Positions 1-15,254 of a DNA stretch of 64,000 nt are shown here, piece after piece. Made by a program: the position numbers and the translations under genes. The DNA is from Tubiluchus corallicola (taxonomy: Eukaryota > Animalia > Priapulida), in NCBI GenBank assembly GCA_030141605.1, contig JAQGDQ010000893.1:15764-79763 (forward strand). Direction: 5' to 3'. The notes below the pieces were generated by a model. That model had not been told where the DNA came from. It was given only the letters and a program-made list of their open reading frames with translations, and did not search any database. How positions within the stretch are numbered: the first letter of the stretch is position 1; each line of letters begins with the position of its first letter.

Positions 1-521
1 TTACGACTTCGGTACACCTGACAAGCATTGTAGAAGTGGCGACGTACGTAAGATTCCACCCCCTGCTGAGCTTTGGAAGAGTAACTGCTCAAGATTCCAC
101 AAAGTTCTCATAACCGGTTAGTCACGTTATTCCAGCTTCCAGACTGATGGAGAACGTCAAACGTTGGAATCCGACAGCTTTGGACTGCAGTCACTACACC
201 TGATAAGTATACTTACCTTACATCCTTCTCCCTCACCTGGGTTGGAGCTAACTAGTCTTCTGTTTATCGTAGGTTGTCTAGAAACGTCGTTTGTAATTAT
301 AACAAGTTTGTTGTTGTTTTGGTTTAAAGTGAATTGTTTTCTTTTTAGTTCTTATTATCTCATTAAACACAGAATTTATCGTTAATATTAAAAACTGTTT
401 TGTTTGATTCACTTTTTTGAAATACATGTCTGTGAACTATGCTAAAATGGAAAGATTCACTGAACCCACGTGTCAGCACGTATCGGAAATTAGTAGCAAA
501 AAAGTGTTTGTGGTGTCGTAA
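1..521 (+). mobile_element. Possible solo LTR remnant (left end may lie outside window)
   Basis: Window begins ttacgac and 515-521 reads gtcgtaa, an inverted pair resembling TGTTACGA...TCGTAACA LTR ends; contains attaaa motifs and a T-rich 3' part. No coding support. Confidence 0.3.
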
Positions 522-2625
522 GGAAAGCGTCCTATATCACAGGTGGTACACCACATATCACACTTCTATTGGAAAAATATTTAAGAAAGATACTCAATAA
601 AAATTTCGAAGGTGTTACAAATTTAATTAGTCATATCAACAACAAAAATTGTCTCAGAATAAGCCGGATGAACCATATTATACTATAGCAGTCAACATGT
701 TCTCTTCTCTCTACTAGGCGGCGCTGTGAGTCAAATGCCGCGCGAAGCGGGAGTGACACGGCTTCTCTTTATTAATTCATAGGCTTCGACGCTGCTATGA
801 ATGCTGGATCAAATAGATGCATTTTAGTGAGACAGTTTCTTTAAAATCTAATTTTGTCCAACTTTTTAGGTCGACTAATTAATTAATGAACCTTTATATT
901 AATAGAAAAACCAGAAATCACGTGAGAATACCACCAAGTGTTTATTTTGTTTACGACTAGTGTTAATTATTTTATTTCATTAATTTAGTTTCTTAATTTT
1001 GGATATGTTCACCTAGCCGCTACAAAAATAAAATAAATTTTAGATAAACCATACATATATATATATAATTGTGTGTATATAATTACTATTAATAGAAGAA
1101 TTGGAGAAATCATATCTATACTAGCAAAGGTCCTGCAAAAAATTTTGCGTATAAATACACTTATAATCAAAAATACGCGAACATCGTACATAGTCCTCAT
1201 TTACAACGCAAAAGCTAGTAGCAACTTTTACCGAAATGGTGACGTCAGAACAATGGGTTTGCGTCAGCAGTTTTCCAAGCAAAAATTGCCAAAAATAGAA
1301 CGTCTAATTAACTCGTCGGTACTCCTTTTGGTGGAAGTCCTCTAAAATATAGCCCACACCATCGTGTAGCCCAGCCCTGTTCTTTCTCTTTCTAAAGAGC
1401 CATATATCTCCATCCGAGAGTCCCACCAGGCGCCGCTAGAACGTTTTTTCTGCAGGCGATTTAACTAAAATTTCGAAAACCGCGTGTTGGGTCCGGGAAA
1501 ACGCCCGTTACGGGACGCCTAGGCCTCTCGCAAATTCTAAATACGCCTATGACACCCACCGCTATCTACCCATTGCCAGCACCACCCATGGGCCGTTACC
1601 GTTCTTCAGATCTCAGAGGTACAACTTCTGCGAAAAAAGGTCGTAAATGGCCATTTTGGAGGTTTTTCGCCACCCCCCCCCGTTTCTCGCGGTGGGCCCG
1701 ATTCGAAAAATAAACCCCCAATGGCACGACACTAGATCGAGGCCTTTCATTTGATGTATAGATAGAGAGAAGACGTGTGTATAAAAAACATAATCGAAAT
1801 TTGGATAACAGAAAATATCTGCCCATATCGAAACTTGCATTTCTAATTCTACAGATTTGAAGTTTCAGGCTAATGCGTGCTGTACTTATGATATATAGTA
1901 GTAACAGGTGTCACTGCGTTTCCTGTGACGTTCATGACACCTAAAGCATCTGGTAAGTTTTTCATCATCATCTTTAATTCAGATAAAAATATAATCATAT
2001 GTTGCTCGAGCAAACAATTGCGTCAGATTTGACCTTCCCCTCCAATATTTCAGTAACAAATTGACAATACTTCAGGTACCAATTCTTTGTCTCTAACAAA
2101 GGCACTAAACGCTGGTGAGGCTGGTACTCGTCCACCAGGTTTCTTCGAGTCAACAACTTCTGCTCTTTGATTTTCGCCTTTATACCAACGTTATAGGACT
2201 TTTGCTGTCTCTGTTTTATCACTTTACGTAACTCCTCAACTCTTTCCCTTCGTAAGTGCATGCTTAGTCAGGCAGGTAGCATGAGTGTTCCTAAGAGAAG
2301 TAAATTGTTATGCTGTCATCATGATCTGCTTATTTGCAGCAAACAGTTTAGATTAATTCTTTTCGTACCGCACCATTCAAATTAGGCTTTCTTAGATCTA
2401 TGCATTTTCTGCTACTATGTGAATACAACTTGATGGTTACAGATTACGTATTGACTATTCAGGAGAATCTCGGCTGTCCAATCAGGCTATTTGTTTAAAT
2501 ATTGAAAAGTGATTTAACTGGATAAAATTCAGAAAAGCTCGCCCCTTTCAGGCATTCCAATTTAGACTACTGAGTCTTGTGATTGTAATTGTGCTAGCAG
2601 GTCTTTAGAGAAGACTGACAACAAG

Positions 2626-3257
<632 letters not shown>

Positions 3258-3299
3258 AAGACAAAGATTGCTCTCACTGCTTGGATTCTATAACTTGAA

Positions 3300-3735
3300 A
3301 AATGCACTCATCCTCCAAGCTATTAGCGGCAGAGAGCGCTTATTTTCTTTTTCTAACTGTGCAAATAATTTTCAAAGGATAGAAAGTTTGAGAGCCCTCA
3401 GCAAGGGAAGAGCAAATAACTCTCGAAGGTATTAGCGGCCCAGAGCGCATTCTTTCTACCTGAGTAAATATTTTGCAAAGAAAATTTTCTAAAGAGCAGA
3501 ACGCATGAGAGCACTCACCCCTGTGAAGAGCAATTAGAGGCAGAGAGCGCTTATTATTTTCTAGCTGAGAAAATATACTGCAAAGAGCAGAACGCATGAG
3601 AGCACTCACCCCATGTGAAGAGCAATTAGAAGCAGAGAGCGCTTATTGTGTTCTAGCTGAGAAAATATTTTGCAGAGCCAATTATTTAAATGACAAAAGC
3701 TTAGCGAGCACTCACCCCCAGGGAAGAGCTTAGAA
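3300..3735 (+). repeat. Degenerate tandem repeat (~80-130 bp units)
   Basis: Recurring gagcactcacccc / gaagagcaattag / cagagagcgcttatt / ttctagctgagaaaatat blocks; related to part of the 2.8-2.9 kb repeat unit. Confidence 0.65.
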
Positions 3736-4077
3736 TTTTTCACCTTTGTGATGACCGCCTTTTATTTCGAAAATAAGCTCCAGACGCCATGACTAATCCA
3801 TCGTTTTCGTTCTCTTAGCACCTGGGAAGCGAAAGATATGCAACCTGGGAACAGACAAAAACTGTTTTACCAGGACCCTTCCCTGTATTATATAAACGTC
3901 AAGTTCAAAAGGCCCATTTCTGTTTTACCTTTAACTGATGATTATTTTTTCATAGTAAAAAGTGGTGAAAAAGTTTCACCAACATGTTCGTTCTGCAATT
4001 TTAAATTATATGAGCTGGGAATCTGTAAAATGCATATTCTGTTTTAATGTGTCTTGCCGCTATAAATATTGAAATAG

Positions 4078-5112
<1,035 letters not shown>

Positions 5113-5717
5113 TAATAATGCTTCAATTATTGATGAACGCATGAGAAAAATGACGAAAATTAAGCAGTTCACACGATTGCAAGCAGTGCAATTACATACT
5201 TTCATTGTTTTTAGCTCGCCGCCAGATGGCAGGCAAAAAATTGCACAGTCACCATAGCAACGTCAACTTTAGCAATGCCTATTCCGATGTCAGCAGCTGC
5301 AGCAGGACAATGAACATAGTAGCTGCGTGTCACAAGCACCATGGCAACCTTTTGTTCCAGCTAACCCGTGACCTGCTGCTTGGCGAAGTCTTACACAATT
5401 TTTTTACAAATATCATCAGCGCACAAAAAGTTCATGTCCTGCATTTGCATAAATAACATATTCCGGTTGGAATAATTTCATTAGGTATTTGAAGATGTTG
5501 GCGTTTTTTGTTTAAGTGGTATATAATTTAACTAGGTGAGAAAAAACGCCAGTAACCCATGAAAAACGCTTCATTTACTGAACAAAACAGCATAAAACAA
5601 TTAATAAATTTATCGAAAACTCAAAAATGTGATCATTGCAAAGCTCATGTGCCCGTCTTAATAGATCTGTTGACTGTTTTTACCTGCCATCACTAATTAG
5701 AACAAAATTAACGTATA

Positions 5718-8249
5718 TGTGACAGTGCATAACAAAATTGACCGTAGTGCCCTAGGTATTCTTATTCTCCTGTTCATCCTGATCACTTTGGTACCAGTTT
5801 CAGCTCGTTAAAGTTGCTTCTGAGTGAAGATATTGGCATTTAAAGTTGAGCGGATGGTGAAAAAATCAAAACTAAATTTGGGAGAAAATGGATTTCAAAG
5901 TTTAAGTTATAATTTTGTAAATTTACATAACATTTGAGGAAGGTGGTTACTATGGGGCTTCTGAGAGTACTATTAAGTATAATTCTCTTTCTGGCAGTAC
6001 GTTTGCAAGTATAGCCATTGTATTTCTTTTTGATGAATTTTGAGTACCTTTGTTACTTACCTGTGCTACCTGTGTTAAATTTATTAAACTTAAGTTATAG
6101 TAATTAATTTTACAATACGAGAGTTTAAAATTTGTTTACGTTACCAATAAATTGTTTGTTTTCTTGTCTTTTTAAAAATTTTCTATAGCTTATGAACAAA
6201 TATACAAGCAGAGAATCTTTGGAGTATTTGTGTTTGCCAGGTAAAGAAAATTAATTACAGGTGAGATAATTAAAAGCGTTGGGCTATACTACTAATAAAA
6301 CTGAAAAAAAAACTTGTGAAAATAACTATGCCCGTTTTATAAATAATCTGCTATTTAAGTACATTGTTGTAAACATGCTCCAGGTTATCATTTCGAGCTA
6401 TACTAACAAATTACAAGTGATACAAATTCAACATTTTCAACGTTAACGTCACAATTACATAGTTATTTTAGATTTTTGTACACAGTTTAGATAGTTTGTA
6501 CACAGACTTCCCCAGCATCCATACACTCCTCCTCAAAACACAAGTTCCGCGGGCAGGACATGTGATTCGCATGCCAGACAACCGCACACCAAAGAAGATG
6601 CTTTATGGAGAACTTGTGTCTGGAAAGAGAAAGGTTGGACGACCAAAGAAACGCTTCAAAGACAGCCTGAAGGCCTCATTCAAGGAGCTCAGCATGGATA
6701 TCCGCTCAATGGAAACCCTTGCACAAGATTGCTCAGCATGGCGGAGTGCCATCACCACAGGGGCTAAGACAGCAGAGGCGAAAAGAATTGAGGAGGCAGA
6801 GGAGAAGCGCAGGAGATGCAAGGCATGTGAGACTGTCCAACAAGAGGTCCAAACACCCAGCCTCACCTGTGCCAAATGTCAAAGAAGTTTCCAGGCCAGA
6901 ATTGGCCTAATCAGTCACCTTCGAGCTCATCAAAGGAATGACAACCCCCAAACTGACCCTTTATCTCTGTCACTATGGTCATCTTCGATTCGAAGGACGA
7001 ACATCATCACACAGTTTATATGGTTGTAAGCTTATGAGAAATTCAATAGGCTTAAACACTTTTGATATTATAAAATTTGTTTTGAACAGGTAAATTATTA
7101 ACATTGGTAATTACAGGTATCATTTTTACTTGCTGAGATACTTGTTATGACTATGTTATGATTAGCTTTATAATTAGGAGTGACAAGTAAAATGTTAGCG
7201 TTCCCATGATGGTACTTGTACTGTATAAACGCAGTTTTCAAAATTCAGTGTCATTTCAGATACCCATCACAAATAATTGCAGGTATAACATCATGTTGGT
7301 AGAAAATGTACTATCACTTTCTCACACATATACAGACATCAGGTTTTTGTACGTAGCTATAGTACCTATACATAGCTGCACATGTTTGTCATGTAGTCCC
7401 GCCCGCAATTTCTGTATGTTAGTGTCATTTCAGCTAAATCAGTTTCCAAAAATGCTAATTACAGGTTTGATAATTATTATTACAAGTCGGGACAGCCCAG
7501 TGTTTTTGATAAGTGACAAAATTAAGTAGTTAACTCATAGAAAAAGCTATCACAAAAAATATACACAACAAAATAATAAAAACTGAAGACAAGGTTTTGT
7601 ACAACAATTTTTATTTTTGCTACAAGACTTTTAATTTATCATTATTACTCATAAAAGTATTTTAAAAGTCCTATCTAACTGTCTTGAGGAGTCTTATCTT
7701 CATGAGTCTTATAACCCCTGAGCTTTATTCTAGCACTTCTGAGAAGTCTTTGCTCCCAAAGACCAATCAAAAATTTTGCTAGTACAGTAATTGTGTTGAT
7801 TGGGCCTAAAGCAGCTAAAGACTTGAATCGTACATATTATAGAAAATTATAGGAAAATATTCAACTACACGTGTTTACCTACAATAATGTCATGTTAATG
7901 AAAAAAATGCTGAAAACTCGTAACTGCCTACATGAAATGCAAATCGCTGTTACTACAAAAATCTAAACTAATAACAATCATAATAACAACGATCGGCAGG
8001 TTTGGTAAGGTCATTTTTTCCTGTAGTGCAAGCTCTCTAAATACTAAGGGTTAAGTTTTTTATTAATTTTTCTAATAAAAACTAATATTTTTGGTAAAAT
8101 AACAGTACAGCATGAAAGCAAAATAGTCTTAGATTAGAAAAAAAACCAAAATCCGAAAATTGATAAAAATTGACTATTCTGACTTCTTTGACCTCTAGCT
8201 CAATAATTAAATTAGCGCACTATGGACGGTTTTGTTATGCACGGTCACA
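5718..8249. mobile_element. Non-autonomous TIR DNA element (TGTGAC...GTCACA ends) carrying a nested LINE fragment
   Basis: Left end tgtgacagtgcataacaaaattgaccgtagtgc; right end gcactatggacggttttgttatgcacggtcaca (~33-bp imperfect TIR), flanked by TATA/TATT. A related element lies at ~52043-52683. Confidence 0.7.
6500..7010 (+). mobile_element. 5'-truncated RTE-type LINE fragment (ORF C-terminus)
   Basis: ORF 6496-7029: GHVIRMPDNRTPKKMLYGEL..GRPKKRFKDSLK..AWR and CAKCQRSFQARIGLISHLRAH zinc finger, typical of RTE-clade 3' ends. Flanked by imperfect direct repeats acacagtttagatagtttgta / acacagtttatatggttgta (likely TSD). Confidence 0.85.
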
Positions 8250-8501
8250 TATTTTGTTTAAGTGAAATTTTTCAATGGCCAGCAAGTTAATCAGGCACAA
8301 CAATGAAACTAGTAATTGTCCTATTTGCAGTCGAATGAGTGCTAGAATATTGAATTCGTCGCTAGGGTAAAGTAAACGTCACCCAATGTTGTCTATCAAT
8401 TGAAACGCAGCTATAAGTTAATATTTAGAAAAACGAATAAACCTATTGCCAGATTAATCAGAGATTATCGAGCATTAAGCTTATGATTTTTAAAAGTCAT
8501 C

Positions 8502-9391
8502 AGGTGTGCAACAATGCACTGCCCACAACGAATGATGTCAAGGAAAGTTTACATTGTGATTACTACAATGAAGGTGTACAACAATGCGCTGCCCACGTTG
8601 TGATTACTACAATGAAGGTGTGCAACAATGCGCTGCCCACGTTGTGATTACTACAATGAAGGTGTGCAACAATGCGCTGCCCACGTTGTGATTACTACAA
8701 TGAAGGTGTGCAACAATGCGCTGCCCACGACGAACGATGTCGAGGAAAATTTACATTGTGATTACTACAATGGAGGTGTACAACAATGCACTGCCCACGA
8801 CGAACAATGTCGAGGAAAATTTACATTGTGATTACTACAATGGAGGTGTACAACAATGCGCTGCCCACGACGAACAATGTCGAGGAAAGTTTACATTGTG
8901 ATTACTACAATGAAGGTGTACAACAATGCGCTGCCCACGACGAACGATGTCGAGGAAAATTTACATTGTGATTACTACAATGGAGGTGTACAACAATGCG
9001 CTGCCCACGACGAACAATGTCGAGGAAAATTTACATTGTGATTACTACAATGGAGGTGTACAACAATGCGCTGCCCACGACGAACGATGTCGAGGAAAGT
9101 TTACATTGTGATTACTACAATGAAGGTGTACAACAATGCGCTGCCCACGACGAACAATGTCGAGGAAAATTTACATTGTGATTACTACAATGGAGGTGTA
9201 CAACAATGCGCTACCCACGACGAACGATGTCGAGGAAAATTTACATTGTGATTAATACAATGAAGGTGTACAACAATGCGCTGCCCACGACGAATGATGT
9301 CGAGGAAAATTTACATTGTGATTACCACAATGAAGGTGTACAACAATGCGCTGCCCACGATGAACAATATCGAGGAAAGTTTACATTGTGA
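8502..9391 (+). repeat. 70-bp minisatellite (~10 full units plus three 41-bp deleted units)
   Basis: Unit ggtgtacaacaatgcgctgcccacgacgaacaatgtcgaggaaaatttacattgtgattactacaatgga; ORF track repeats with 70-nt periodicity. Confidence 0.95.
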
Positions 9392-11498
9392 TCGGAAAGA
9401 ACTTCTGCTCCTCAAAGTCAATTGACACAGTCGCTGTGAAGGAGGGATACAGCATACGATACGCTCGGTCGAAGGAAAGAAAGCATACCAAGAAGGTTAA
9501 GTTCAGAAAAGACGGAAGACTACAGGAGCCGACTGCAGAGCTTTGAAACTTACGTCCACAAATTCAAATTTCCGTACAACGTTCGTAGAATCTGTCGACA
9601 AAATTTTCCTTAATTTTTAAGCACACTCAGTGATTTCTCGTGGACACAAATGATTCCTGCTCGACAAATAATTTCCTTTGATGTTAACAAAAATCCGAAT
9701 CCAAATAAAAATACAGGGTCACCCAGAAAAAGTTTTACCCCAAATTAACTAGTAAGTTTTACTTTAAGTAGTAACTAGTCACAGTCTAGCCTATTTTTTC
9801 TTCTTTTCAAAAGGACTACAAATTTCTCTCCAAGCACCCCATCAAGTACCTTAGTTATTTTACTTAATAATTTCATAATTTAGAACAATTTCAGTTACAT
9901 AAACTACCTACAGTTCTTGTACACTACTGTACTACCTGATACAAATTCATGAAAGAATTTGCTTAAAGCACAAGAACTCCCTCAACTTACATATAGCGTA
10001 AAACATTCGTCTTATAATTCGTCGTGAAATTTTATATAACTTACATACTGCCCTTTTGCATACAGAGATTGAGTCAGCAGTAATGCTGCAGAATGGTAGT
10101 GGTAGAATTGTTTTATGAACATAGACTAAATCTAAATTTCCAATTCTTCTTCTTCCTGTTTTTTGCAAACTCTTTCTAAATGTTGTAAATTTTTTCTTGA
10201 TTTTTTATTACAAAGACTGACGTTGGGAGGATCACTGCTGCCATCAATAACGATGCTGATAGCGGCAACAGCGGCATCATCATCATCATCGTCAGCACCT
10301 CCCTACCCTCAGCCATCCACATCGGATTGGAGAACTTTGGCAGTGTGAATCCTCTCCATGAGAAGAATAGTCGCCAACGCCAGGCGTGTTAATTATTTTT
10401 ATAAAGGGGTTTAAAAAAATAAAGCCGTTTCCAGCAAAGATTTTTATCTTACACAACGTGAACAAGCGTTCTCTTATTGTCTAGTTATGTGAATAAGCTT
10501 CAATTTCTTAGGCAACGTTTTCTGAACGAGCTTCTTTTGCTTAGCAATTTGAAATATTTGCTAATAATGTTCTGATTATTCTTAAAACTTTGCGCAATGT
10601 TATATAAACTTGTTTTAAACGAACTACTTTTAAAATGGCTGATGAGGATTATCGCAGGAGTTTATATTTTGAAGTTTTTGAAGTTGAAGATTTTGAAGTA
10701 ACGCTGCTGCTACTACAATGTCTGTGTGTAATAAAAGAGTAGGTCGGTGATACAAAACTTCAAGTCGAATATTTTTAACTTAATGTAACTAAAGAGTTTT
10801 CTTGTGCTTTAACCAAAATCTGTTTTTGATTCTCTTGCTCACACTTTTAGGTATCTCCGTGTCAAATAGAGTCAAATAGAGAGTTTATCGTGTGAGGTGT
10901 ACCATCACAATGTCTTCACGAATCTGCACTGATTATCTATTTGGTACCAATCTTCAACAGTTTCGAGCTTTTCACTTTAATCTGCGTGAATAGAAGATTT
11001 ATAGTCCTTTGCCAGCAAACTAAATGCCTCTAGTTAGAATCATAGTGATCATAAATTCATGGGCTTAAACAGAGGCAAAATAAGACATATGTAAAAAAAT
11101 GAAAGACAATCTGCTCCTAAAGAAAAATGTTCACATTAAAAACGGTTGTTGTAAAAAGTGTCAATACCTACATTAATGCTAGTGAAACTTTCTTGATATA
11201 CGCCACAAAGCGTTTGAATACTGAAACTTTTAACATCTTCTTCATCTCTTGGTGCTCTTCTAATAGTTGTTCATGACCTTAGTGATTCTCTGTTGTAACT
11301 AAGCTAACAGTTCTGAGCGATGAGCGTGAAAGTAAGAGAGACTTCACCTTAAAGTGTCGTTCCACAATTTTAGATGCACAGTTGATTTAATGTAACTTTC
11401 AATGTTGATAGTAATTTACTGGACTGTGACTGTCTCAGCTAAATTCAATGGCCTTACCGTACATAATAAAGCCTATGTTTCTTGTCTAGATGATAACC

Positions 11499-12437
11499 TT
11501 ACTGATAATAGTCTATTGTTATTTGCCAAAGTTCTTCAAGCAGCCATTTCTGTCCGAAACAGTGCACAATCATTGTATCATCTACACTAATGTTACGAAC
11601 TTTAAAAATTTCAGTAACAATCAAATTGTTAGCCGGAACGAATGTTGGGTAACTTTCCGGTCGTATTCGAGATGAAAGAATTCCTGTAACATAAACGTCC
11701 TCAGCTGGGACAGGTATCCTATGCCGGGAAGCATTGTATAAGAATGACACCAAATCCATACTGATGATATACCCGGCTCCAATGGCGTAGGTTGGAAAGA
11801 ATCTCTTTGGCCATTCTCTTTTTGAAACATAACCGCGCTTGAATATACTTCTTACAGGAACTGCCCTATTCAAGACATACCCGGATATTGTGTTGCGTTG
11901 CAGTGTCAAAGTATGTTTTATCAATACATGAGGATTTACATAGACGTCAGTGTCACACTTCATCAAGAACTTGGCTTCTTTACAATGCGCAGACACAACG
12001 CGTAGCATTAAAACACTTTTCAGCACCAAGTTACGATAATTTTCCTCGACGTTAGTCACAAGCAAATCACCATACTTTAACATTTCAACTTCTACACTCA
12101 GTTTCGATCGTTTTGCACCTTTAACTTGACCAACAATGAACAACAATTCCACATCCTTCCTTTTCTTCAGACAACCACCCCATGTTGTCCTGACCAACTC
12201 GCGTCCATCGAAATCTTCTACATGCTACTCCACCATTATTATGAGTAATGTTTCACTCACGCATTTAAAACTGAAAGGTAAAGTGTACTTAAACATTTTG
12301 TCACCAACTAAACATTCTGCTACTTTAGAAGTTTTGATGACAACGTTATTCTGAAAAATTTCGTAACATGGCAAAAACACAGCACAAGTTACGAGAGACG
12401 ATAAGACGAATTTTCTGCTTGAGTTTATCCAGCGCAT
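11499..12437 (-). pseudogene. GT31 beta-1,3-galactosyltransferase/GlcNAc-transferase-like gene (GT31a), intronless, with one in-frame TAG
   Basis: ATG at 12437 (MRWINSSRK + hydrophobic anchor FVLSSLVTCAVFLPCY). ORFs 12225-12551 and 11499-12197 share a frame, separated only by TAG 12225-12227 (IMVE*HVEDFDGRELVRTTW). GT31 motifs: RxxVRxTW, YGDL..VEENYRNLVLKS, FLMKCDTDVYVN (DxD), FPTYAIGAGY, EDVYVTG. Confidence 0.85.
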
Positions 12438-12604
12438 TTCAGAGTGATATCCTGATGTACTCCAAAACTGGCAACTCTTTCCAGTATTTGGTTTATCATC
12501 AACCGATACTGTCATTCGTAGAAAAATATCTGTCGTATTAAGGCTAGTCACTTCTGCAAAAAAATAATGCCATTGGTGCCCTCCAGAATCGTTGCCAGTT
12601 TACG

Positions 12605-12992
12605 TTCAAACGACCATTAGTTTCGCAATCTCATATACACCAGGAAGCATGAAGGACCTTAGATTAACCTGCTATGCTATTTGTGTGACAGGTTAAAAGC
12701 CCAAACTCGAGCAAAGTCTACCATATTCAAACGACCACTAGTTTCGCAATCTCCTGTACACCAGGAAGCATGAAGGACCTGATTTTAGCGAGCTATGCTA
12801 TTTGTGTGACAGGTTAAAAGCCCAAACTCGAGCAAAGTCTACCATATTCAAACGACCACTAGTTTCGGAATCTCCTGTACACCAGGAAGCATGAAGGACC
12901 TGAAATTAGCGAGCTATGCTATTTGTGTGACAGGTTAAAAGCCCAACCTCGAGGAATGTTTTAGATATTCAAAACAATACTAGTTTCGCAAT
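12605..12992 (+). repeat. 121-bp tandem repeat (~3.2 copies) just upstream of GT31a
   Basis: ttcaaacgacca..tagtttcg at 12605, 12726 and 12847, with a partial fourth copy. Confidence 0.9.
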
Positions 12993-13501
12993 ATTTCTGA
13001 ATTTCATCCCTGATATTTTGCGTAACTTACAATAATGCATCACCTTAGGTAATGCATGCCAACATTCGTTATTTCATTTCTATATAATGCGTAGCAATAT
13101 AGGTTTACAGCCTTAGAAATTACGACCAAGATGAGCCTCATTTACTAGTCGGTTAAAAACTGTTTTTCGACAATGCTTGCATTTAATGCGATAAATCTGA
13201 AAGAGACAAAGGCTTATAAGCAGGAATAAAATAAAACCTGCATGATTGTCATGCAAATAAAGGACCAGCTTCACATTGATCTGAAATGCAGCGCAAGTTT
13301 AGCAATAATTTTTTACACATGCTCTTAAAACTGTGTACTTCCATATTTTAAATTATTGTAATATTAAAGCAATAGCATCGTTTTAGAAAGACTTGCAATT
13401 TGTAGTCCTTTTATAACATCAATTTCCTTTGCCGCATTTAAACATATTATTATCAAAATGAGAGTTTTTAAATTCTTTATAACAAGAATAATATCTGTTT
13501 C

Positions 13502-13710
13502 ATAAACAATCCACTATTATAGTAATTTGTATTATTTTTTATTATAAAAACTCCAGTGTTTCTACTGCACACTGGAAGACGTCGACAGGAAATGTATAAT
13601 ATATTCTAGTGTATTTCCTGACGATAACTGCTAGTCGTCTTGTGGTAGAAACGTTGGATTTTTTGTAATAAAAAATTAATAAAATTTGTTGTTATAGTGC
13701 GTTGTTTATT
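13502..13710. mobile_element. Palindromic MITE-like hairpin
   Basis: ataaacaa..cactat..ttattataaaaactcca..tttctac..caggaaat mirrored by atttcctg..gtagaaa..tggattttttgtaataa..atagtg..ttgtttat. Confidence 0.6.
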
Positions 13711-15254
13711 TTTTATTACGAAAACACCAAACAACAATACAAATAGCAAAATACATTATGATAACATGTTATACGTCGTTACATTAATTTCATAATAATA
13801 TTGACATGGCATGATATCTATATAAATTGTAGCTTGCATTATAGTCAGAAGCATTACTTGTGTGTCTGTAATGCAATTAATGGTGCTGGTGTTGAGGTGC
13901 AAACAAGGTAGTTAAAGAATGATGGAAATATTTGGAGAGTGCAGGAGATGGGAATTGGTAGAATTAGGTTAGTGAAATGATGTGAATGAGAATGAATATG
14001 AGATTGCTATTAGGACATCACAAAAATATATCAACATTTATGAACAGAAGTACACTATGTGCCAGTCTGTCACTCACCGGGAATCTGAACATGCGTCATA
14101 CACTATACAAGCTTAATATTTAATATGAATTTAGGAATGAAGTTTCCAAACTTTTTTAGAATCTTGGTAACGACAAAATTGACTTAATATTTGCAGGTAC
14201 TTTGTTCCACATGCTAGGACCTTTAAATGAGATAAAATGTTTCGTAACATTAGTCCTACACCGGACAACTTGGTACTCGTTAAATCTATTATTGTAATGT
14301 TTTTGATTAAGACTAACAGATTAACGAAAAAAGATGGAAGAGATTTATAGTGAGTTCTATGCATGAATATTATATATTAATTAAGTCACCAATGGTCATT
14401 TGTTTGAAATCTTTGAGGTGCCAATTCAAAATAGGCATGAATTTTGGTAAGCCATGAAGAATGCTAATAAACTTACATTGAAGAGCACGGAGAGAATCTA
14501 GGTTCGATGAATAGGTCGGACCCCATAAAATACAGGCATAGTTTAAATATTGTATGACTAAAGTATGATATAAAGTTCTTAAATGTGTTTGAGACTATTT
14601 TTGCTATAAGAAATCATTCTGAGAAATAATATAAGAAATTTCGTTTATAATTAATAGTTGTTCAGTTGATTGCAAATTGTATTGATTATTATCAATTTCA
14701 TACTGATAGCTATCACAATGACGCAGAAAAGTCAAAAATGTTCATAGTTAAGGCTATTAATAAATATATTTGAAAAACACACACTGACAAAGGTCCTGAT
14801 ACGTATCTTGTGATTAGGCTGTTAAGCTATTACTGACATTTTCTTTGTGCGTGTTTGTTTTTCTTGTAGTTATTTCGATGATTAACTGTTAATTTTGCTA
14901 TAAAGTTCAAAATGATAAATTTGATATTTAATTATGCTTTGGTGTTTTTATCTTTACAATACAACAAAACACATAATGTGTTCTGAAATATTATGTTATC
15001 GGCATTTTTATAGGCTTTATACCGAGCGTAACAACAATATAATGCATCATAACAGCAGTATAAAGTTTCTCTGCAGTTGTTGCAGTGCAGGTATAGCGGT
15101 TACACGGGCAAGTTCAGTTTAAAACTTTAACTAAAGTGTTCATTGTTTTTGCGTTTGGTCCCCTTTTTAGCAAAAAACCTTTTTTATCACAAACATCACA
15201 ATTCAGTTTCTTGTATTGTATTGTGCCTGCGTGAGTTTCTGCTATAAGTTTGAA

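Noticed and set aside
1995-2261. 88-aa minus-strand ORF
   Set aside because: No recognisable motif or gene structure.
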